Source: Bacteroidales bacterium UBA1402 (GTDB lineage Bacteria > Bacteroidota > Bacteroidia > Bacteroidales > UBA1402). From it: a stretch of DNA of 64,000 nucleotides. Shown piece after piece: positions 56,371 to 64,000 of this stretch (its first letter is position 1; every line of letters begins with the position of its first letter). A program made the translations under genes and the position numbers. The stretch is taken from the NCBI GenBank assembly GCA_002305085.1, contig DBQE01000018.1, positions 1,552 to 65,551 on the forward strand, read 5' to 3'. The notes beneath the pieces are model-generated. The model was not told where the DNA came from. It saw nothing but the letters and a program-made list of their open reading frames with translations, and made no database searches.

Positions 56371-56836
56371 AACGTACAAAAGAATAAGGATAAGGTTCTT
56401 CATCGAAATGATCTTCCCGTTCGGCTTCTTCCCATATACCCTGATTGATTTCGGGGAAAAAGACATCGGCCTCGAACGAGGCGTGTATCCAGGTAATGTA
56501 CAGAGAATCTACCCATTCCATAGCCTGGCTATAGACCATGGCTCCTCCGATAAAAAAAATTTTTTCATCTTTTTGACAGAGCTCAAAAACCTCCGGGAAA
56601 GAGTGCGCTGTTTCACAGTCAGTAAATGTTTCTTCATCGGGGCTGAGTACAATATTTCTACGATTGGGCAAAGCGCCTTTGGGTAGGGAAAAAAAAGTAT
56701 TGCGTCCCATAACAACCGTATGTCCGGAGGTCAATTCCTTAAAATGCTTCAAATCGGCGGGCAAGTGGCATAAAAGCTTGTTGTCCAGCCCTAAAGCATA
56801 GTCATTGGCAATGGCGGCAATAATAGCGGTTTCCAT
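56351..56836 (-). CDS. folA: Dihydrofolate reductase
   Basis: 161 aa. IAAIANDYALG, MGRNTFFSLP, IGGAMVY. Confidence 0.9.
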   Translation of the reverse strand: METAIIAAIANDYALGLDNKLLCHLPADLKHFKELTSGHTVVMGRNTFFSLPKGALPNRRNIVLSPDEETFTDCETAHSFPEVFELCQKDEKIFFIGGAMVYSQAMEWVDSLYITWIHASFEADVFFPEINQGIWEEAEREDHFDEEPYPYSFVRYVRKKD

Positions 56837-56859
56837 AATACGGAGTATAAATAAACAAG

Positions 56860-56867
56860 CAAAAGTA
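56860..56867 (-). promoter_or_regulatory. Possible internal Bacteroidota -7 box (TACTTTTG) ahead of folA
   Basis: Plus strand reads CAAAAGTA, 24 nt upstream of ATG 56836, in the 43-nt thyA-folA gap. Confidence 0.35.
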
Positions 56868-56879
56868 CAGAATTTTTGC

Positions 56880-57674
56880 TTAAACTGAAACTTCTCCTTT
56901 GATATGGGGATGCGGGTCGTAATTAATCAATTGGAAATCTTCGTATTTAAACGAGAAGATATCTTTGACTTCAGGATTGATCAGCATTTCAGGCAAAGGC
57001 CTGGGGTCGCGGGAGAGCTGAAGCCTGACCTGCTCCAGGTGGTTTAAATAGATATGAGCGTCTCCCAAAGTATGCACAAAATCGCCGGCTTCCAGTCCGC
57101 AAACCTGGGCCATCATTTTGAGGAGTAAGGCATAAGAGGCAATATTGAAGGGTACCCCCAAAAAAATGTCCGCACTGCGCTGGTACATTTGCAAGCTGAG
57201 CCGTCCATTGGCAACGTAAAACTGGAAAAACATATGGCAGGGCGGCAGGTTCATATTGGGCAAGTCGGCCACATTCCAGGCATTTACGATAATGCGACGC
57301 GAATCGGGATTGTTTTTTATCTCGTCGACGGCCTTGCTGATCTGATCTATGTGGCCACCCTGGTAATCGGGCCAGGAGCGCCACTGGTAGCCGTAGATAT
57401 GTCCCAGATTACCGTCTTCGTCGGCCCATTCATTCCATATACGCACTCCGTTTTCCTGTAAATAGCGAACGTTGGTGTCGCCTTTCAAAAACCAGAGCAA
57501 TTCATAAATGATGGATTTAAGGTGCAGTTTTTTGGTGGTGATCACAGGAAAGCCTTCGCTGAGCTTAAAACGCATTTGATGTCCAAATATACTAATGGCT
57601 CCGGTTCCGGTGCGGTCTTTTTTTTCTACTCCTTCGTCGAGTACGCGCTGCAACAGGTCTAAATAGGCTTTCAT
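56880..57674 (-). CDS. thyA: Thymidylate synthase (ThyA type)
   Basis: 264 aa. DRTGTG, LPPCH active-site Cys, DAHIY. Confidence 0.95.
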   Translation of the reverse strand: MKAYLDLLQRVLDEGVEKKDRTGTGAISIFGHQMRFKLSEGFPVITTKKLHLKSIIYELLWFLKGDTNVRYLQENGVRIWNEWADEDGNLGHIYGYQWRSWPDYQGGHIDQISKAVDEIKNNPDSRRIIVNAWNVADLPNMNLPPCHMFFQFYVANGRLSLQMYQRSADIFLGVPFNIASYALLLKMMAQVCGLEAGDFVHTLGDAHIYLNHLEQVRLQLSRDPRPLPEMLINPEVKDIFSFKYEDFQLINYDPHPHIKGEVSV

Positions 57675-59650
57675 CAGAATAATTTATAGGTTGTTTTCAA
57701 GACTTTAAATTCACATCGCCGGTTGATCTGGTCGGCTATTTCTTGTTGTTGCAAAGATAACGTTTCTACAAAAGATTCGTCCAAAAAACTGCCTTCTTTT
57801 AAGTAAGGATAATTGGTTTCCATATATTTGTCGACTTTGGCAGGCTTGCTTTTTCCATAGCCCTGAGCGCTGAGGCGCTCTTTGTCTATACCGTATTTTA
57901 TCAGATAATTTACAACGGATTCCGCCCTTTTTTCGGAAAGTTCCAAGTTGTATTCCTCGTCGCCCTTGCGGTCGGTGTGGGCTCCTATTTCGATGGTTAT
58001 ATGCGGATTGTCGAGCAACAGTTTAAGGAGTTCCTGCAGGGCCGGTCCCGACTCGGGCCTGAGTTCCCAGCGGTCGAATTCAAAAAATATATTTTCGATG
58101 CGCACGGGCAAAAACAAAGAAGTCAGGCTGAAATTGACCACATAATTACTGTCCTTGTCTGTGGTTACAAATTGATTGGAGTAATTCAGATATGACCGGC
58201 AGGTGGCCAGCATAACGTATTCGGCATTTTTTTCTACCTGGTAACTGTAGCTGCCGTCTCTGCGCGAGACCACCTTGGTATTGGTGCCTTTGTCGTTTAC
58301 TATGCGGATGGTGGCTTCGGGAATGGGCTCTCCGAAACGGTCGGTGACCCAGCCGCTGATTTGGGTTAATTGTTCGGGTTCGCCAAAAGACCAGATTTTG
58401 TCCCAGCCCCTGGGTTCGTTACGGTTGGAGGAGAATAAGCCTTTTTCTTTTTTGCCGAAAAACGTAATGCCGAAATCGTCGGCACTAGAGTTGAGGTCGT
58501 ATACATTTTCTACCGTCCAGCTACTGTCTTCCTCGTTGTAAACAGCTTTGAAGATATCCAATCCACCCAGTCCCGGCAAGGTATTGGACGAGAAATACAG
58601 GCTGCCGTCTGTCCTGATGGTTGGAAACATTTCATCGCCCGGGGTATTTATTTGGGGGCCCAGATTTTCGGGCGGGCCAAAAGATTTATCGTAAAATGCG
58701 GAACGCCAGATGTCTTTGCCCCCATAACCTCCCTTCATGTCGGAAACATAATACAAGTACAATCCGTCGGGAGAAATAGCCGGATGAGCAAAGACGGCGT
58801 TGGTGTCTCTGAAAATGTTTAATTTTTCGGGTTCACTCCATTGTTCCCCCGAACGAACCGAGCGGTAAATCTCAGCGCTGGAGCCTGAAAGAGCCGAGTC
58901 TGATTTATTGACACAACGGGTAAAATAGAGCACTTTCCCTTCCGGATCAAAACAGCCCACCCCTTCGTCAAACTCGGAATTTATGGCCCCTTCTATGGGA
59001 AGAGGTTTTTCCCATTTTTCGTTTTGGTCGAGCCTGGTGATAAAAAAATCGTTGTCGGGCAACCCGGTAATCTTACTTGGTTTTTTGCCTTCTTTTTGTA
59101 TGGAAGACGAAGTAAAAAGCAGGGTTTTATATTCTGCCGGGACCAGCAAGGGCGAAAAATTACCCCTTTTCAGATAAAGCTCCTGCACTCTGTTGACAGC
59201 GTATTTTTTTGCTTTGTTTTTCCACTCACGGGCGAGCAGGCAGGATTCAAGTCCATAGGTGGCCCGTAAGTCGTCGGGATGATTTTCGAGAAATTGCCGG
59301 TATTGAATTTCGGCGGCTTCGTACTTGGCATTTTTGCGCAAAACTTCGGCATAATGCAATAAAACACTATCGTTTGGCAGACCGTAACGAATGGCTTTCA
59401 TATAGGCATTCTCGGCTTTAATAGATTGATTGATAAAACGATAACATTCGCCTTGACGGTAAGCGACTTCTGCTCTTACATTTTTTTCGACGGCAGGAAT
59501 GCGCCGGTAGGCTTTGGTATAAATGACAGCAGCAGCGTTGTATTCGCCGTAGTCGTAGTGTTTATCCGCCTTACGGATATCCTTGCTCACTGAGCAGGAA
59601 GCCAGGGCCGACAGAAATAAAACTAAAATATATCCGATGGGGTGACGCAT
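57674..59650 (-). CDS. OmpA-family lipoprotein with TPR, TolB-like beta-propeller, carboxypeptidase-regulatory-like and OmpA C-terminal domains
   Basis: 658 aa. Lipobox LASC. TPR-like N-terminus, WD40-like PD40 repeats, CarbopepD_reg-like [18 protein letters not shown], OmpA_C (FEFDRWEL...GHTD..G...YN..LS..RA). The stop shares one nt with the thyA ATG. Confidence 0.75.
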   Translation of the reverse strand: MRHPIGYILVLFLSALASCSVSKDIRKADKHYDYGEYNAAAVIYTKAYRRIPAVEKNVRAEVAYRQGECYRFINQSIKAENAYMKAIRYGLPNDSVLLHYAEVLRKNAKYEAAEIQYRQFLENHPDDLRATYGLESCLLAREWKNKAKKYAVNRVQELYLKRGNFSPLLVPAEYKTLLFTSSSIQKEGKKPSKITGLPDNDFFITRLDQNEKWEKPLPIEGAINSEFDEGVGCFDPEGKVLYFTRCVNKSDSALSGSSAEIYRSVRSGEQWSEPEKLNIFRDTNAVFAHPAISPDGLYLYYVSDMKGGYGGKDIWRSAFYDKSFGPPENLGPQINTPGDEMFPTIRTDGSLYFSSNTLPGLGGLDIFKAVYNEEDSSWTVENVYDLNSSADDFGITFFGKKEKGLFSSNRNEPRGWDKIWSFGEPEQLTQISGWVTDRFGEPIPEATIRIVNDKGTNTKVVSRRDGSYSYQVEKNAEYVMLATCRSYLNYSNQFVTTDKDSNYVVNFSLTSLFLPVRIENIFFEFDRWELRPESGPALQELLKLLLDNPHITIEIGAHTDRKGDEEYNLELSEKRAESVVNYLIKYGIDKERLSAQGYGKSKPAKVDKYMETNYPYLKEGSFLDESFVETLSLQQQEIADQINRRCEFKVLKTTYKLF

Positions 59651-59722
59651 ACCTAATTAAACGTAAAGCCGGGTTTCTTATTGTTATCCTCTTTTTGCAG
59701 GTAAGAGGCTTATGAAGAAAAT

Positions 59723-60985
59723 TTATTTTTCGGTTTTCGCCTGCTGATTTCCGGGGAAGAGCAAGGAACTGTCTCCATAACTCAGAAAACGGAAGCCCTC
59801 GTCCAGCGCATAGCGATAAATACGCTGCCAGTCCCGGCCCACAAAGGCGGCCACCAGCAGTAGCAGGGTACTTTGAGGCTGGTGAAAATTGGTCAGCATG
59901 GCGTCTACCAGCCTAAAGCGATAGCCGGGGGCTATGAGTAGCCTTGTGGAAGCGCAAAAACGATCCAGTTTATTGCGGTCGAGGTAGTCGAGAAGAGCAG
60001 TGAGAGCTTCCTCTGTGGTATAAGTTTGGTGATCGAGGTAGGGAAACCATTGGTCAACAACAGGGTCTTGCGATGCGGCCGCTTTGTTCTCCAGTAACTG
60101 CAATCCAAACCAGTAAAGGCTTTCCAAAGTACGCACCGAAGTCGTGCCGACGGCAATCAGGGGGCTTTTGTTCTGAACAATGTCTTCGATCAATGTACGT
60201 TCCACCGTAAAAAATTCCAGATGCATGGGGTGTTCACGCAAACGATCGGACTTGACGGGTTGAAAGGTAGAGGCACTCACATGTAAAGTAAGCTCCCGGC
60301 GCAGAATATGTTGCTGATCAAGATTTTTGAGTTCCTCTTCCGAAAAATGCAGGCCGGCCGTGGGGGCAGCCACCGAACCTTTGATTTTGGAATAGACGGT
60401 TTGATAGTCTTTTTCATCGCTGTTTTCCGATTCTCTTTTAAGATAAGGAGGAATGGGAATAATGCCGGCCAGCTCCAATACCTCCGAAAACTGAAGATTC
60501 TTTTGGGCGCATTGCCAATCGAAGCGGATGCCCTGTAGTCGTCCGTTTTGGCTGGTGCGGGTGGCTTGAAGTTGAATAGTTAAGTCCCCGGCCCGGATTT
60601 CTTTATTCAGGCTGCCCTCCTTCCATTTTTTGGAATTGCCTACCAGACAATACCATTCGCAACTGCCCACGCTCTGAAAGCTTTGGACGTAATCGACCGG
60701 TTGGGCCGGTTCCAGACAAAAGATTTCGATACCGGCCCCGCTTTTTTTGTGAAACAGCAGACGGGCATGGATCACTTTTGTGTTGTTAAACACCATCAGA
60801 GCCGGAGAGGGCAGATGGTCGGCAATCTTTCGAAAAACATCCTGCGACAGGTTTTTTCCGTCGTAAATCAAGAGTCTGGACGAATCACGGGGCACTGCCG
60901 GATATCTCGCGATGCGTTCGTCCGGCAGGCCGTAATCGTAGTCTTTTATGTTGATCTTTTGTACTTCTTGCAACACTTGCTTCAT
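59723..60985 (-). CDS. queA: S-adenosylmethionine:tRNA ribosyltransferase-isomerase (long QueA variant)
   Basis: 420 aa. YDYGLPDERIARYP, DSSRLL, TAGLHF, VGTTSVRTLES, TNFHQPQSTLLLLVAAF, FLSYGDSSLL. Confidence 0.8.
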   Translation of the reverse strand: MKQVLQEVQKINIKDYDYGLPDERIARYPAVPRDSSRLLIYDGKNLSQDVFRKIADHLPSPALMVFNNTKVIHARLLFHKKSGAGIEIFCLEPAQPVDYVQSFQSVGSCEWYCLVGNSKKWKEGSLNKEIRAGDLTIQLQATRTSQNGRLQGIRFDWQCAQKNLQFSEVLELAGIIPIPPYLKRESENSDEKDYQTVYSKIKGSVAAPTAGLHFSEEELKNLDQQHILRRELTLHVSASTFQPVKSDRLREHPMHLEFFTVERTLIEDIVQNKSPLIAVGTTSVRTLESLYWFGLQLLENKAAASQDPVVDQWFPYLDHQTYTTEEALTALLDYLDRNKLDRFCASTRLLIAPGYRFRLVDAMLTNFHQPQSTLLLLVAAFVGRDWQRIYRYALDEGFRFLSYGDSSLLFPGNQQAKTEK

Positions 60986-60988
60986 AAA

Positions 60989-63016
60989 TTACCAGATGGA
61001 AGCACGTTGTTCTTTGGGTAAAAACATGGCATCGCCCTCTTTCAGGTCGTAGGCCTCAACAAAAGCATCTATGTGGGGCAAAGCTCCATTCACCCTCCAA
61101 TAGCCCAGGGAATGCGGATCTTCGGCGGTTCGGCGTAAAATTTCCTGTTCCCTGATGTTGTTGGCCCAAACATGAGCGTAGGCAATAAAGAAGCGCTGTG
61201 CCGGTGTCAATCCGTCGATGCTTTGATTTTGCTTGTATTCGTCTGTTTTAGTGTAGGCATGGAAGGAAACTTGCAGGCCGCCATGGTCGGCAATGTTTTC
61301 GCCCAAAGTGAATTTGCCGTTAGCAAAAACGCCCGGGGCCACTTCGATCTTGTTGAAATATTCTTCGAGAACGGCCGTACGCTCTGCAAACTTTTCGGAA
61401 TCTTCGGGACTCCACCAATTGGCCAGGTTGCCGTCTTTATCGTATTGACTGCCCTGGTCGTCGAAACCGTGGGTCATTTCGTGGCCTATCACCACACCGA
61501 TAGCTCCGTAATTGACGGCATCGTCGGCGTCCATATTGAAGAAAGGAGGTTGCAGAATGCCGGCAGGGAAGCAGATTTCGTTGGTGGTGGGATTGTAGTA
61601 GGCGTTCACTGTTTGAGGATTCATAAGCCATTCCTCTTTGTCGACGGGTTTGCCCACTTTATCCATGCCTTCGTTAAACGAAAAGAGCGAAGCCCTGCAA
61701 ATGTTCTCCCAATAAGAATCCTCTTTGATTTCGAGGCTGCTGTAATCTTTCCATTTGTTCGGATAGCCGATTTTAACATGGAAGGTGCCCAGTTTTTCCA
61801 GGGCTTTTTGTTTGGTTTCTTCGCTCATCCATTCCAGAGAGCTGATTCTCTCACCCAGACTGAGTTGGAGATTGTCGACCAGTTTGAGCATGCGTTCTTT
61901 GGCCCGGGGCGGGAAATATTTTTCAACGTAGACCTGTCCCAGAGCTTCTCCCAAGGTTCCGTTTATTGCTCCCAAGGCTCTTTTCCAACGGGCCCTCATT
62001 TCTTCGCTGCCCGAAAGGGTGCGGCCGTAGAAGTCGAAATTTTGCAGAGCGATGTCGTCGCTAAGGAAATTGGCGGCCGTATTGATCAGGTTCCAGCTTA
62101 GGTAATTTTTAAGTGCATTCAGCTCTGTCTCATGAATGACGGCTGCAACTTCGGCGATGAATTTTTCCTGGGCTACGTTGAGCTCTTTGATTTCCTTGTC
62201 GCCCAGGCTTTCGAAATATAGATTCCAGTCCATTTGAGGGGCCAGTCTGCTCAATTCCTCGAGACTCATTTTGTGGTAATTTTTGTAGGGATCGCGCAAA
62301 TCCTCCCGGCTCAGCGAGGCAGCAGCCAGGCGGTTTTCGATGGCCATAACATCGGAGGCCGCTTTTTGAGCTTCTGTCGTGCTGAATCCGGCCAAAACGA
62401 ACATTTTTTCCATATGAAGGACGTATTTTTCGCGTAGTTCCCTGTTACGCTCCTCAGGGCTCAGATAATAATCGCGTTCGCCCATACCCAGGCCGCTTTG
62501 GTAGGTGTGCAGTATGTTCATCGAGGCGTTCATGTCGTCTGCACCGGCGTATAAAACAAAGAAAGGCCAGATGCCTCTTTTTTGCATGTTGGCCAGATGC
62601 CCGATGAGGGCCTCTTTGTTTTCGAGTGCCTTTATTTGTTCCAGATCCTTACGGATAGGTTCAATTCCTTCGGCGTTCAGTTTAACGCTATCCATAGCAC
62701 TGTGGTAGAGCATGGCTATTTTGCGGGCAACACTGCCTTCGGGTTGTGTGCTTGCGTCGAGTTCCAATACGAGTTCCTGCAATTGTTTTTGGGTATTTTC
62801 GGCCAGTTGGTCGAAGCTCCCGTAACGTGCGTACTCGGCCGGAAGAGGATTTTTGGCGACCCAACCGCCGCAGGCATATTGGTAAAAATCTTCGGCGGGC
62901 GACATGGTAGTGTCGAGGTCGGTCAAATCAATACCCGGAACACCGGTCGTTTTTTTATCTATACAGCTACTCATGCTAAGTCCTGCAATAATTAGGGTGA
63001 ATACTATTTTTTTCAT
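60989..63016 (-). CDS. M13-family zinc metallopeptidase (PepO/neprilysin-like), lipoprotein
   Basis: 675 aa. Lipobox MSSC. HEMTHGFD zincin motif, GENIADHGG, NAYY. Confidence 0.88.
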   Translation of the reverse strand: MKKIVFTLIIAGLSMSSCIDKKTTGVPGIDLTDLDTTMSPAEDFYQYACGGWVAKNPLPAEYARYGSFDQLAENTQKQLQELVLELDASTQPEGSVARKIAMLYHSAMDSVKLNAEGIEPIRKDLEQIKALENKEALIGHLANMQKRGIWPFFVLYAGADDMNASMNILHTYQSGLGMGERDYYLSPEERNRELREKYVLHMEKMFVLAGFSTTEAQKAASDVMAIENRLAAASLSREDLRDPYKNYHKMSLEELSRLAPQMDWNLYFESLGDKEIKELNVAQEKFIAEVAAVIHETELNALKNYLSWNLINTAANFLSDDIALQNFDFYGRTLSGSEEMRARWKRALGAINGTLGEALGQVYVEKYFPPRAKERMLKLVDNLQLSLGERISSLEWMSEETKQKALEKLGTFHVKIGYPNKWKDYSSLEIKEDSYWENICRASLFSFNEGMDKVGKPVDKEEWLMNPQTVNAYYNPTTNEICFPAGILQPPFFNMDADDAVNYGAIGVVIGHEMTHGFDDQGSQYDKDGNLANWWSPEDSEKFAERTAVLEEYFNKIEVAPGVFANGKFTLGENIADHGGLQVSFHAYTKTDEYKQNQSIDGLTPAQRFFIAYAHVWANNIREQEILRRTAEDPHSLGYWRVNGALPHIDAFVEAYDLKEGDAMFLPKEQRASIW

Positions 63017-63027
63017 TGCTCATATTA

Positions 63028-64000
63028 TTAATTGATTTTTAGAGATTCCAGTTCGGTGGCGGCCATTTCCCAATAACTAAGAGCATTGTCGAGTGCCTTT
63101 TTTTCTCGTATATATTGTTCGTGCAATTCCGGGCGACAGGCTCCCTGGGGAGTGTTTAGTTCATTTTGGATTGATTCGAGTTGCTTTTCAAGTTTGCTTA
63201 CCTCGTCTTCTCGTTCCTGAACGAGCTTTTCCATTTTTTTGATTTTACGGTTTAGAGCTTTGCGCTCAGCATAGTCGTTGCTTGCAACGGGAGCATTGGA
63301 GTTTTCTTGTTTTTCCTTGCGATCGGTGTTACCCGTAAAAGCATTGGCCGCCTTTGTCTCAACAGTTGTTTTATTGTTACCTGGAGCGGAATTCAAAGGA
63401 TTTTGTTCCAGTTGTCTCAAGTTATCCAGTTTCTTTTTCTCCAGAAACTGACGGATGTCTCCCAGGTGTTCTATTACTTTTTGATGGCTGAATTCATATA
63501 CTTTTTCCACCAAGCCGTCCAGGAACTCCCGGTCGTGCGACACCAGAATTACCGTTCCGTCAAAAGCTTTGATGGCTGCTTTGAGTACGTCTTTGGAGGG
63601 CATGTCGAGGTGGTTGGTGGGTTCGTCCAGAATGAGCAGGTTGGCCGGCTCCAACAAGAGGCGGATCATGGCCAGCCGGCTGCGTTCTCCTCCCGACAGC
63701 ACTCTGACTTTTTTGTCCGAAGCTTCGCCTCCAAACATAAAAGCTCCCAGAATATCGCGGATTTTTGTTCTGACATCGCCTGTTGCCACCTTGTCGACGG
63801 TTTCGAAGACGCTGAGATTTTCGTCCAGAAGTTGAGGCTGGTTTTGAGCAAAATAGGCAATTTTGACTTTATGCCCCAGCTTGATGCTGCCCTCGTAGGG
63901 AATTTCTTCGAGGATGCATTTCACCAAAGTAGATTTGCCTTCGCCGTTGCGGCCCACAAAGGCCACTTTTTCACCCCGGCGCAAGCTGAGGTGCACGTCT
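63028..64000 (-). CDS. ABC-F family ATP-binding protein (C-terminal half; gene continues beyond the window)
   Basis: Second ABC cassette (GRNGEGKST, LSGGERSRL, LILDEPTNHLD) followed by a C-terminal coiled coil. The ORF is open at the window end. Confidence 0.85.
   Translation of the reverse strand, partial: DVHLSLRRGEKVAFVGRNGEGKSTLVKCILEEIPYEGSIKLGHKVKIAYFAQNQPQLLDENLSVFETVDKVATGDVRTKIRDILGAFMFGGEASDKKVRVLSGGERSRLAMIRLLLEPANLLILDEPTNHLDMPSKDVLKAAIKAFDGTVILVSHDREFLDGLVEKVYEFSHQKVIEHLGDIRQFLEKKKLDNLRQLEQNPLNSAPGNNKTTVETKAANAFTGNTDRKEKQENSNAPVASNDYAERKALNRKIKKMEKLVQEREDEVSKLEKQLESIQNELNTPQGACRPELHEQYIREKKALDNALSYWEMAATELESLKIN

Noticed and set aside
59670-59695. CCTCTT-N9-AAGAGG hairpin between queA and the OmpA-like gene, considered as a terminator.
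   Set aside because: No T-tract follows on the transcribed (minus) strand, and the stem is only 6 bp. It may be fortuitous.
61172-62101. A 309-aa plus-strand ORF inside the M13 peptidase gene. Similar cases are 11232-11897, 20876-21727, 25311-25919 and 15081-15779.
   Set aside because: All are antisense shadows of motif-supported genes. None has a recognisable motif or independent expression signals.

Overview
The window is a 64-kb chromosomal segment that looks like Bacteroidota. Evidence: many TAnnTTTG -7 promoter boxes, T9SS C-terminal sorting domains, a PorQ-like gene, DUF1573/DUF1599/BT_3928-type genes, and weak or absent Shine-Dalgarno use. About 57 protein genes and 3 tRNAs can be supported: Gln-CTG, initiator Met-CAT and Ser-GGA. 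I saw no rRNA, CRISPR array, integrase, transposase or prophage signature. Two parts are distinguishable. (1) Housekeeping blocks at 1-12 kb and 35-64 kb include gyrB, radA, xseAB, ispD, recG, tpiA, exbB-exbD-exbD, tonB, cmk, ispH, meaB, folA, thyA, queA, an M13 peptidase and a partial ABC-F gene. (2) An accessory-looking carbohydrate island at ~12.1-35.0 kb encodes PL1, GH127, an unassigned GH-A-like/ricin/Fn3/LamG enzyme, PL11, GH30, GH115, two GH43 enzymes and a giant CotH-kinase-like/LTD protein. Several carry T9SS sorting domains. There is no SusC/SusD pair and no dedicated regulator inside the island. The most unusual sequence-level signals are listed here.
- The first ~36 nt of the GH115 gene, including its ATG, is tandemly amplified upstream of the gene.
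- The same gene carries an in-frame 8-9-codon x4 repeat.
- A 34-codon relic of a DnaQ-like exonuclease sits in the intergenic region upstream of the pectate lyase gene.
- An ECF sigma factor is overlap-coupled to a protein that combines a membrane anchor with an outer-membrane beta-barrel.
- Direct repeats and palindromes occur in the divergent control regions of the island.
All family calls come from motif recognition by eye. No database search was possible, so they need HMM or BLAST confirmation.
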